DNA of 64,000 nucleotides, from positions 41,952-105,951 of the IMG/VR virus record IMGVR_UViG_3300002461_000323, one strand, 5' to 3'. The stretch is from a virus. Made by a program: the position numbers and the translations under genes. This document shows, one piece after another, positions 10,695-19,369 of the stretch; within the stretch, counting starts at the first letter, position 1, and each line of letters starts with the position of its first letter. The notes beneath the pieces are model-generated. The model saw nothing but the letters and a program-made list of their open reading frames with translations. It searched no databases and was not told where the DNA came from.

Positions 10695-11074
10695 GCGCGA
10701 TTTCGAAGTACCTGCGTCGGCAGATCGATGGGTTTGGCCGGGAGTACGTGAGCTACTACTGCCAGGGGTGCAAGGAGGCACACTCGGTGACCGTCTTCCA
10801 GCCCGAGGGTGTCAAGGGTCCGGTGTGGGCCTGGAACCGGGATGTGCTGCGCCCGACGTTCAGCCCGAGCGTGCTCGTGCGCCGTGGCGGTGCGATCGAC
10901 CCGACGTTCGTCAAGGAAGAGGGTGACCCTCCGAACGTCTGCCACACGTTCATCACCGACGGCCAGGTGCAGTTCCTGGGCGACTGCGACCACGAGTTCG
11001 CGGGCACGACCCAACCGCTGCTGCCCTTCCGGCTATTCGGCGACCAGGTGTCTGATGGGGATGAGCCCGTATGA
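10691..11074 (+). CDS. DUF6527-like Zn-binding protein
   Basis: CxxCxxxH...W.WN....PTFSPSVLV...CHTFITDGQVQFLGDCDH motif; SD GGAGG; ATG at 10691. Confidence 0.65.
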   Translation: MSAISKYLRRQIDGFGREYVSYYCQGCKEAHSVTVFQPEGVKGPVWAWNRDVLRPTFSPSVLVRRGGAIDPTFVKEEGDPPNVCHTFITDGQVQFLGDCDHEFAGTTQPLLPFRLFGDQVSDGDEPV

Positions 11075-11304
11075 GCGCGATCTCAGACCTGCGCAAGCTC
11101 GTCCAGCCCAAGGGCCAGGCGTACGAGATCGGTGAGGTCGTGGTCGTCGAGGCCACGCGGGTGATCGTGCGCGTGGGAAGCCGTGCAATCAATTGCAGCA
11201 CGCTCGTACCCGTGATTGCCGGTGACAGCGTGCGCGTACAAGGCCTGCTGATCGTCAGCAAACAGCAGAACATCGCGAACTCCGTGCCGGTCTTCCGGGT
11301 CTGA
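11071..11304 (+). CDS. small OB-fold-like tail protein (possible spike-associated)
   Basis: GEVVVV..VIVR...GDSVRV pattern; ATGA overlap. Confidence 0.5.
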   Translation: MSAISDLRKLVQPKGQAYEIGEVVVVEATRVIVRVGSRAINCSTLVPVIAGDSVRVQGLLIVSKQQNIANSVPVFRV

Positions 11305-11306
11305 GC

Positions 11307-13982
11307 ATGCCCATCCACTTCATCGACCCGGCAACCGGCAACGACGCGAACAACGGCCTTGGCTGGGCCACCCCGTGGAAGACCACGAATCCGCTGACCG
11401 CTCTCTACCCCGGGTCGGCGGTATCCGACCTCGAACTCCGGTTCGCGAAGACTCCCAAGCTGTACGACAGTTCGTTCTTCCTGCAGTCGCTGGCAGCCAC
11501 CAACTACTTCGGCGGGTACGGCGCGGGCTTGAACCCCACAGCCGTAAACCATTTGAGCGGCAACACGATCCTCGACAACAACACGGCGATCACAACCGCC
11601 TTGAACTTCGTGATGGTTGCCCCGTTTACGTCTACGAACGGCAGCGGTTCCGGCTCGTACATGAAGCAGTTCACAGTCCCGATCGGAGCCACTGGCAGGG
11701 CCGCGTACTTCACGACCGGCACGACCCGCAACCTGGCTACCCTTGGCCTTGAAGCCATTGAAATGTGGTGCTCGCTGGCGACCTCCGGCAACACCGACAC
11801 CACGAACCTGACAGCCGCGCTCCACCTGTGCTCGGACACCGTGGGCGTGACCACGATCGTCAGCTACCCGTTGACCATCGGAGTCTCCCAGTTCCGGAAC
11901 GTGCTGAATGTCCTGGGCACCGGCGCATTGCCGGACGGAGTGAACTCGGTGGCGCTGTACGTGACGAACAACACGGGTGTCGCCCACACGCTGTACATCA
12001 GCCAGATCATGGCGGTCCCGCCTGTGGCCTCGGCCACGTACACGGGCTTCCGGGCCTTCGCCATCCCCAACCACACACCCGGCCAGTGCCTGCAAATCTC
12101 TTCGATCTCGGGTGCGAGCGTGTTCTGCGCGGGAATCGAGACCGGCAACTGGCGATTCATCCTCGGAGCCGCGAATGCCACCTGGGCTGTCTACGCGGCG
12201 ACCCCGGTAACACCCACGGGCATCAAGTTCCCGAACGCTCAGTTCGTAGGCACCGAGGCCTCTCCGATCATCATCCGGGGCGGCTTCAACAAGACCACGG
12301 GCGAGGTCGATGGGCTGACCGCGATCGATGCCGACCAGATCAAGCTGTTCGGACCGTCCGTGCTCCGGGTAGCGGTCGTCATTCAGGACATCGCGGTCGC
12401 GTTCGCCAGGGACGACAAGATCAACACCGGTAACCGTAGCTGCATCATGGGTGGTGGGTTCAACAACCTGCTGCCGCTGTATTACAACGTCTCGGGCTCT
12501 AGCATCGCCAGGTGCTACAGCAGTCCGAACGGGCCGCCCTCACTGGGGGCCGGGGGCTTCAACGGCGCGTACAACCGACATGCCGGGTTCCTGGAGGTCA
12601 GGCAGTCCACGTTCTCAAACGAGTACATTCGAAACGTCTCGGTAATCGGTGGCAACTACTGGGGTCCGCCCATCCGTGGTGGTGGTTTCGTGAACGGCCC
12701 GACACCCGCTGAGACGCCGATAACCCCGATCTTCGCAAACGCCACCTTCTGCTCTGGGTTTGACTTCAGTGCGGTCACGGACGCGCAGAACCTGGTGATC
12801 TACGAGGGCAAGACCGGCCCGAACGTGGTCGGCCTGGAGTTCAAGAACTGCGGGTTCTACGCGTCTGGCACGACCACGACCGGCGTGGCACTCACCAGCC
12901 CGACGTTCACTGACTGCAGCTTCCACGGCGCGTACACCGTGCCCTCGAACGGGCTGTTCGTCCGCCCACGGTTCGAGCCCTACCTGTACCTGCAAGGGAT
13001 CATGATCCAGGGCACGAGTTCGACCGCCCTGCTTGAACTCGTGGACATCCAGACCCCGATCAGCACGTACAACAGCCCTCAGAACTTCATTGAAGGCGGC
13101 TTCTACAGGATCACCATCCGGGACACCGTGTGCAGTCTCCGGTACCCGCGTCTGATCAACATCCAGCCGCTGTACACGTCGAACATCGACTGCGCGGTCA
13201 ACCTCAAGAACACGACGATCACGACCCTGCACAACGCACCGGCCGCATTCGCGTCGTTCGCCGGAAGTTTCCAGGACACCCGGTACCGGCTCGTCTTGGA
13301 TAACGTGGTGGTCGGCGGCCCTTGGACGACCCTGGTGTCAGGTAACCTGCCGACGATCCTGACCAACAACGTGGTGCTCGACAACCCGGTTACCAAGGTC
13401 GCAGACGCGTTCCAGTTCAAGGGCCAGATATTCGGCTCGGGTGAGGTCAGCGCGTACTTCGGCGGGGTCACCACCGGCAACCTCACACCGCTTGGCACGC
13501 CGGTTACCGGTGCGATCAGGAGCAGCGCTGGCACGTTCAAGCGCAGCAACGGCAACCTCGTGATGTTCACCACCGCCTACCAGGTGGAGAAGGACTTCGG
13601 GTTGAAGATCGACGGCCAGTTCAGTTGGCGGATGACCCTCAGCCAGAACGTGGGCTCCGGTATCATCGGGAGCATGCGGGTGGGTATGTTGACTCTCCGT
13701 GCGGGCGCACAGGTGATGATCAGGGCGAAGATTCAGCGGGCGTCCGCTGGTGCGCAGGGACAGCTAAGGCTCCGGCCGCTGGGCACCAAGGACTACCCGA
13801 CGTCCGGGCTGCAGACGCTCGATCACGACGTCGTGACTCCGTTGCTGACGCTCCTGAACACCTGGGAGACGCGGGAAATCCTGTACACGCCTGCCCGCAC
13901 GGCGGTTGTCGAGGTCTTCATGTGCGTGTTCGGCATATCCGGCACGCAGGTCTGGTTTGATCAAGTAGAGGTGCTGCAGTAA
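11307..13982 (+). CDS. tailspike/receptor-binding protein with beta-helix (891 aa)
   Basis: N-terminus FIDPATGNDANNGLGWATPWKT is typical of right-handed beta-helix proteins; the C-terminus looks like a carbohydrate-binding beta-sandwich. Confidence 0.65.
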   Translation: MPIHFIDPATGNDANNGLGWATPWKTTNPLTALYPGSAVSDLELRFAKTPKLYDSSFFLQSLAATNYFGGYGAGLNPTAVNHLSGNTILDNNTAITTALNFVMVAPFTSTNGSGSGSYMKQFTVPIGATGRAAYFTTGTTRNLATLGLEAIEMWCSLATSGNTDTTNLTAALHLCSDTVGVTTIVSYPLTIGVSQFRNVLNVLGTGALPDGVNSVALYVTNNTGVAHTLYISQIMAVPPVASATYTGFRAFAIPNHTPGQCLQISSISGASVFCAGIETGNWRFILGAANATWAVYAATPVTPTGIKFPNAQFVGTEASPIIIRGGFNKTTGEVDGLTAIDADQIKLFGPSVLRVAVVIQDIAVAFARDDKINTGNRSCIMGGGFNNLLPLYYNVSGSSIARCYSSPNGPPSLGAGGFNGAYNRHAGFLEVRQSTFSNEYIRNVSVIGGNYWGPPIRGGGFVNGPTPAETPITPIFANATFCSGFDFSAVTDAQNLVIYEGKTGPNVVGLEFKNCGFYASGTTTTGVALTSPTFTDCSFHGAYTVPSNGLFVRPRFEPYLYLQGIMIQGTSSTALLELVDIQTPISTYNSPQNFIEGGFYRITIRDTVCSLRYPRLINIQPLYTSNIDCAVNLKNTTITTLHNAPAAFASFAGSFQDTRYRLVLDNVVVGGPWTTLVSGNLPTILTNNVVLDNPVTKVADAFQFKGQIFGSGEVSAYFGGVTTGNLTPLGTPVTGAIRSSAGTFKRSNGNLVMFTTAYQVEKDFGLKIDGQFSWRMTLSQNVGSGIIGSMRVGMLTLRAGAQVMIRAKIQRASAGAQGQLRLRPLGTKDYPTSGLQTLDHDVVTPLLTLLNTWETREILYTPARTAVVEVFMCVFGISGTQVWFDQVEVLQ

Positions 13983-16582
13983 TGGCTGACTACCACGTAG
14001 ACCCGGCCACCGGGGTGGACACGAACACCGGGGCATCCTGGGCTCAGGCCTGGAAGACGCCGAACGGCCTGCGCGTGAACTCTGTGGTCATGGTCGCGGG
14101 CGACCGCCTGAAGTTCGCGAAGTCGGTGATGACGACCGGCAACACCGGGGATACCGTGCAGTTCCCGACGTTCACAGGCCAAGGCATCACGTTCTTCGGC
14201 AGTGCCGCCTGGACGTACATTTCTCGGCGCTCGACCACGGCCACGAACTTCCCGAGCCCACGGTACTTCAACGGCACCTGGCAGACATCGCTGACCTGGC
14301 AGTTCTTCACCGCGAACTTCTACCCGTTCGAAGGCAGGTCAACTACCGGGCTGTTCAACCCCCCGAGCCGTCGCCTGGCCTACCAGTTCGCTTCGAACCT
14401 GAACTTCAACGGTCTCCGCACGGTCTGGATGTGGTTCCGGGTGAGCGTGCCGTACACGGGAGCCGGGGACATCGACGTACCCCCTGGCACGTTCTCTATC
14501 CTGCTGTGTTCGGACGGCGCGGGACTGACCCCGTTGCTGACGATCCCGGTGGACGTGTGGATCAAGAACACCGGAGAGTGGGCGTGCGTGCGCTACGAGC
14601 ATCCCGCTGACTTCACGACCCTCGGAGCGGTGAACTCGGTCGCCGTTCACCGGACCGCCCAGACGTTGAACCGGGACAACACGGGGTTCGGCCTCACCTG
14701 GAGCCCGCTGCTGTTCGGGCGCACGGCCATCCAAGACCACTCCCTAGACTACGTGTTCAAGGTGCCAGACGTTCGTCCTAGCCCGGCCATCCAACCGGAC
14801 GCCGTGCTGGTCAACCCGTTCTGCCTGGCTGAGATAATGTACCCGGTGCACGGGATGACCGGATCGAACATCGGGTACACGATCCCCACCCAGTACAGCG
14901 CAAGCAACACGTTGACGCTCGCCGACCGGTACACGGCCTTCCCAGTGCCTCCGTCGGGTCAGTACGGTCTCGGGTACGTGGGGGCCGCCAACTGGCCGTT
15001 CGCAGCCCCGACATCCACCGGCGCTTTCGACCTGAACGGCAGCGCGGGCGGCACCCTCGCTCAGCCGGTGACGCTGGAAGGTGGTTGGAACACCGCGACC
15101 GACGTCGTTGACGGGGCCACCGTGTACACCGGGCGCACACCCCAGGAGTACGGGCACACGGCTGCGCTGTTCGACCTGCAGAACGCTGAGCACGTGGTGA
15201 TCAAGAACATCGGTGCGATCTACGGGTTTGGACGGTTGATCGACCGCGCCAGGACGATCACGCTCGACCGCTGCCACCTGCCGTACTCTCACAGGGGCGG
15301 GGTGAACACGCTGCCGCCGTTGGGCACACCCAGCACTGCAATCAATTGCACGATGAAGAACATGATGGTCCCGAACTACACGTTCGAGTACATCGGGGTG
15401 ATCGGCAACCTCACGCTTCAGAACTTCTTTGCCAACACGTTCGAAGACCGCAGCCCTCTGCAGTACGTGGAGGTCGAGAACCTGGTGATGGACGCCGCGT
15501 ACGTGGGCCGCCGCAACAACACGGACGTCTACACCTGGCACTTCTCTGTCCGTGGTGATGCCGAGCTTGCGAACACCACGATCATCTACCCCCCGAGGAT
15601 CGTCAATCGGTCCAACTTCGGGCGCACGATGACCATCCGCAACCTCTGGACATGGAGTCAGTACGTGTCTCAGGGCTACCGGCTGGTGCCGACACTCCCG
15701 GACAGCCGTTGGGACACGATCGTCTACCGTAACAACGGCAGCTACAACGGCGATTGGGCACCCGGCAGCACGACCCTGCCTGCCTCGTGTGACCGCAGGA
15801 TCGAGTTCAGAGACAACACGAACAGCATCCTCGTGAACGATACGTTGCTGGGCAGCCAGTTCGCGAACACCGAGGCCGCGCAGTTGGTGGGCTCAGTCAA
15901 GACGCTGACAGCCGGGTTCTACTCGTTCTCCCTCGCCCCGAACAATAGCAGCACCGGCACCACCCCAGGCCTGCGGGCTTACTCGTATGCCTACCGGTTT
16001 CAGCTTGGCGGGAGCAATTTCTCCGATCGCTGGGCTCCTCTGGCGTCTACCGAGCCATCGATCCCACAGGATGTGGACTTCGTGTTCGTGGGCTCAAACG
16101 CAGCGGCTATACTGCCCCGCAGTCCTGCCATCTTCTTCAGGTCGGCCCAAGACTACTTCCTGCTCGTCAGCTACTCTTCTGGCTACCCCGGCTCTGCGGT
16201 GGCGACCGCCTACGTTGAGGGCGGGAAGAACTACAAGTTCAAGCTCGGATGCCAGTACCGCAACCTATCGATACAGAACAATGCCAGCGGTGCGCCTCCC
16301 TGGTACAACGTGTTCTCCGACAACTTTTCGTGCACTGAGCCGGTGGAGCACTTCAAGATCGTGATCCGGGGTCCGGGCGTGGTCGCTGGCGTGGACCTGG
16401 TGATCCCGTACTTGGACGGCCCGTACAATGAGTTCTCGAACACCGCCCGCAACGACTGGCGTGATCTGGAGTTCCCGTTCTCGACAATCGCTGAGGGAGA
16501 GGTCACAATCTACCTGTATGCGACGTTGAGCAACAACAGCATCGCCGTGATCATCGACAAGGCAGAAGTGGAGCTTGCATGA
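13982..16582 (+). CDS. tailspike/receptor-binding protein (866 aa), paralog of the previous gene
   Basis: N-terminus YHVDPATGVDTNTGASWAQAWKT; internal PVTLEGGWN..DGAT matches PIIIRGGFN..DGLT of the previous gene. Confidence 0.65.
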   Translation: MADYHVDPATGVDTNTGASWAQAWKTPNGLRVNSVVMVAGDRLKFAKSVMTTGNTGDTVQFPTFTGQGITFFGSAAWTYISRRSTTATNFPSPRYFNGTWQTSLTWQFFTANFYPFEGRSTTGLFNPPSRRLAYQFASNLNFNGLRTVWMWFRVSVPYTGAGDIDVPPGTFSILLCSDGAGLTPLLTIPVDVWIKNTGEWACVRYEHPADFTTLGAVNSVAVHRTAQTLNRDNTGFGLTWSPLLFGRTAIQDHSLDYVFKVPDVRPSPAIQPDAVLVNPFCLAEIMYPVHGMTGSNIGYTIPTQYSASNTLTLADRYTAFPVPPSGQYGLGYVGAANWPFAAPTSTGAFDLNGSAGGTLAQPVTLEGGWNTATDVVDGATVYTGRTPQEYGHTAALFDLQNAEHVVIKNIGAIYGFGRLIDRARTITLDRCHLPYSHRGGVNTLPPLGTPSTAINCTMKNMMVPNYTFEYIGVIGNLTLQNFFANTFEDRSPLQYVEVENLVMDAAYVGRRNNTDVYTWHFSVRGDAELANTTIIYPPRIVNRSNFGRTMTIRNLWTWSQYVSQGYRLVPTLPDSRWDTIVYRNNGSYNGDWAPGSTTLPASCDRRIEFRDNTNSILVNDTLLGSQFANTEAAQLVGSVKTLTAGFYSFSLAPNNSSTGTTPGLRAYSYAYRFQLGGSNFSDRWAPLASTEPSIPQDVDFVFVGSNAAAILPRSPAIFFRSAQDYFLLVSYSSGYPGSAVATAYVEGGKNYKFKLGCQYRNLSIQNNASGAPPWYNVFSDNFSCTEPVEHFKIVIRGPGVVAGVDLVIPYLDGPYNEFSNTARNDWRDLEFPFSTIAEGEVTIYLYATLSNNSIAVIIDKAEVELA

Positions 16583-16773
16583 GCGAGAACAGAATACAGG
16601 CGCGTCCGGGCGCGAGCCTGAAGGTCACCGAGAAGGTGGTGGGGCTGGTCCCCGCACCTGCAGCCGTCGAGGCCCCGCCGAAAGAGCCCGAGGCGAAGAA
16701 GCCGAAGAAGCGGGTGATCGTGGGCTTCGACGCCGAACAGTTCAATAACCGGAGAATCCTATGTCAGCGTTGA
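16579..16773 (+). CDS. hypothetical protein
   Basis: ATGA overlap, SD GGAG. Confidence 0.45.
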   Translation: MSENRIQARPGASLKVTEKVVGLVPAPAAVEAPPKEPEAKKPKKRVIVGFDAEQFNNRRILCQR

Positions 16774-17204
16774 GCAACTACCTTGAGAACAAACTGATCG
16801 ACGCGCTGTTTCGCAGCGTGCCGTTCACTGGGCCGACCACCGTGTACTTCGGGCTGTTCACTGGCAGTCCGACCGATGTCGGTGGCGGCACCGAGGTCAC
16901 GGGCGGATCGTATGCACGAGTGGCCGTGGGCGCGAACTCCGGCAACTTCTCGGCCACCAACGCTCCAGATAGCACGAACAGTCCAAGCTCTGGTCAGTCC
17001 GGCACGTCGTACAACCTGGTGGACATCCAGTTTCCGGCACCTACAGCCAACTGGGGGCTGATCGTCGCCATGGCTGTTTTCGATGCGCCCACGGGCGGTA
17101 ACATGCTGGTGTACGGGGCGGTGACTCCGAACAAGACGATCAACAGCGGCGACCTGCCTCCGAAGTGGGCGATCGGCCAGTGGGCCTTGCAGTTGGACAA
17201 CTGA
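16761..17204 (+). CDS. small virion protein (paralog family)
   Basis: MSALSNYLENKLID...TEVTGGSYARV...FPAPTANWG...LQLD. Confidence 0.75.
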   Translation: MSALSNYLENKLIDALFRSVPFTGPTTVYFGLFTGSPTDVGGGTEVTGGSYARVAVGANSGNFSATNAPDSTNSPSSGQSGTSYNLVDIQFPAPTANWGLIVAMAVFDAPTGGNMLVYGAVTPNKTINSGDLPPKWAIGQWALQLDN

Positions 17205-17644
17205 TGGCCGCGCTAACGAACTTCGCTGAGTTGTCGCTCCTGAACTGGATGTTTCGTGGGGCGGCCATGGCGTTCGCGGGCTCGACCGCAGGGGCAGGCT
17301 CAGGACCAGCCAACTTCTACGCCGGGCTGTTGACGGTCGCGGCCTCGGACAGCAGCGCAGGCACGGAGGTGGTTGGCGGCTCGTACGCCCGGGCAGCGAT
17401 CCCGAGTGTCAACGGAAGCTGGAACGTCAACGGGATCACCGGGATTGTCAGCAATGCCCAGGTCGTGGCGTTCCCGGCCCCGACAGCCAACTGGGGTACG
17501 TGCGTTGGCTTCGGCTTGTACGACAGCCCCACGGGCGGCAATCTGATCGCCTACAGCCTGTTGACCGAGAGCAAGGTCGTGAACTCCGGGGACGCAGCCC
17601 CAGACTTCTCCATCGGAGCACTCTCGTTCCAACTGGACGACTGA
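17204..17644 (+). CDS. small virion protein (paralog family)
   Basis: Start reassigned to ATG 17204 (TGATG); MAALTNF...TEVVGGSYAR...FPAPTANWG...QLDD. Confidence 0.75.
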   Translation: MAALTNFAELSLLNWMFRGAAMAFAGSTAGAGSGPANFYAGLLTVAASDSSAGTEVVGGSYARAAIPSVNGSWNVNGITGIVSNAQVVAFPAPTANWGTCVGFGLYDSPTGGNLIAYSLLTESKVVNSGDAAPDFSIGALSFQLDD

Positions 17645-17709
17645 CCTGCAATTGATTGCACGGTGGACAGCCGGGAGGTAGACTCACGGCTACCGCACAA
17701 GGACCACCG

Positions 17710-17976
17710 ATGAAAGTCAAGAAGGACCCGAACGCAGTTCTGGATTACACCTGGAACTGGAGCGCCTGGCTCGGGGCGGACACCATCTTGGCCGCGTCTT
17801 TCGAGACCACAGGCGGTCTGGTGGTTGATGCTCAGGTGGTCAACGGCCCTCTGGTCACCGCCTGGGTGTCGGGCGGGACCGCCGAAGAAGGCACGGTTAC
17901 CTGCCGGATCACCACAGCCGGACTGCCTGCGCGGATCGACGACCGCACCCTGATTTTCCAGATCGTTCAGCGTTAA
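17710..17976 (+). CDS. phage fibre-tail adaptor-like protein
   Basis: KDPNAVLDYTWNWSAWL..DTI...WVSGG..G..VTCRITT..R.DDRT motif; SD AAGGA. Confidence 0.7.
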   Translation: MKVKKDPNAVLDYTWNWSAWLGADTILAASFETTGGLVVDAQVVNGPLVTAWVSGGTAEEGTVTCRITTAGLPARIDDRTLIFQIVQR

Positions 17977-18007
17977 ACTCTCACCCATCATCCACTAGGA
18001 GCACTCC

Positions 18008-18478
18008 ATGGCCGCCCTCTCGAACTTCCTCGAAAACAAACTGATCGACTGGCTCCTGCGTGCGCAGGCAATCGGCATCACCGGCGCGTCTGCAGCCGCT
18101 GGCACCGGTCCCGTGAACGTCTGGGTCGGGCTGTTCACCGCCAACCCCACGGACGCTGCTGGTGGTACGGAAGTCGCTGGCGGTTCGTACGCTCGCGTTC
18201 AGGTGACGTCTGCTCTCACCGCATGGGCGGGTACCCAGGCTGCTGCCTCGACCGTGGCATCCTCGGGCACTGGTGGCACGACCTCGAACAACAACCCGAT
18301 CACCTTCCCAGCGCCAACCGCAAACTGGGGTGTGATCACCGGCTTCGGCCTGTTCGACGCAGTCACGGGCGGAAACCTGCTGATCTACGGCGCGATCACC
18401 CCGAACAAGACGGTGAACAACGGTGACGCGGCTCCTGCGTTCTCGGCTGCCCAGTTGAGCATCCAACTCGACGACTAA
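18008..18478 (+). CDS. small virion protein (paralog family)
   Basis: SD AGGAG; MAALSNFLENKLID...FPAPTANWG...QLDD. Confidence 0.75.
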   Translation: MAALSNFLENKLIDWLLRAQAIGITGASAAAGTGPVNVWVGLFTANPTDAAGGTEVAGGSYARVQVTSALTAWAGTQAAASTVASSGTGGTTSNNNPITFPAPTANWGVITGFGLFDAVTGGNLLIYGAITPNKTVNNGDAAPAFSAAQLSIQLDD

Positions 18479-18550
18479 CCGGCTTGAGTCCCGTCCAGGC
18501 TTGTCTTGGCGGGCTCAGCCCGTGTTGAACAAGAACTGAACGGGACTCCC

Positions 18551-19366
18551 ATGGCAATCACCACACGCGACCAACTGATCAACGCTCTGGCGAACAACAC
18601 GAGCCGGGTCGTCTGGGACAAGGCCTCGCTCGCCAACGCGGCGGCAGGCTTCGTCTTCAGTCTCTGGCGGGCGACCGGTACCCCTGGTCAAGGTGCGATC
18701 CCGACCACCGCTGCAACGTGCGTCAACGGCCTGCTCGGGTCCATTGGCTTCACCAACCAGACGCTACCGGTCACCAGCTATTACGCCTGGCAGACGGTCA
18801 CTGGCGGTAACGCGACAGCCAACGTCGAAATCCACGACCGGCTTGCTCACATGGGCGGTCTGAGCGGAATTGTCACCACCGCACAGGGCGCACTCAGCCT
18901 GATCACCAACGATCCCGGGGCTGATCGCCGTGGTGACGCCAACTATTCGGGCATTCAGTGGTGGCTGGAGTGGTACACGGATACCGGCGCAACCGCGTCC
19001 AACGCAACCGTGAACGTGACCTACGATGACGCGAGCACTGGTAACCTGGCGGTCATCGCCGTCGGCGGCACTGTGCGTGCTGGCCGGATGCTCCCGCTTA
19101 TCTCGGCAGTCTCTGGCCGGTTCATTCGCTCGGTCAACAGCGTGACCCTGAGCGCGTCCACCGGCACCGCAGGCAACTTCGGCATCACCGCCACCCGTCC
19201 GCGTACGGCTGTCAGCACGTTGCTGGCGAACAAGACCGAGAACTACGATTGGGCTCAGCTTGGCCTGCCTGAGATTCCGAACAACTCCTGCTTGCAGATG
19301 GTCATGCTGTGCTCGACCACGAGCACGGGCACGGTGCGTGGACAGGGCAAGATCGCACACGGGTAA
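18551..19366 (+). CDS. putative virion structural protein
   Basis: Likely start MAITTRDQLINALA; beta-rich. Confidence 0.65.
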   Translation: MAITTRDQLINALANNTSRVVWDKASLANAAAGFVFSLWRATGTPGQGAIPTTAATCVNGLLGSIGFTNQTLPVTSYYAWQTVTGGNATANVEIHDRLAHMGGLSGIVTTAQGALSLITNDPGADRRGDANYSGIQWWLEWYTDTGATASNATVNVTYDDASTGNLAVIAVGGTVRAGRMLPLISAVSGRFIRSVNSVTLSASTGTAGNFGITATRPRTAVSTLLANKTENYDWAQLGLPEIPNNSCLQMVMLCSTTSTGTVRGQGKIAHG

Positions 19367-19369
19367 GGT

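Noticed and set aside
11307-16582. Diversity-generating retroelement acting on the tailspikes
   Set aside because: No reverse transcriptase and no near-identical template/variable repeat pair were seen.
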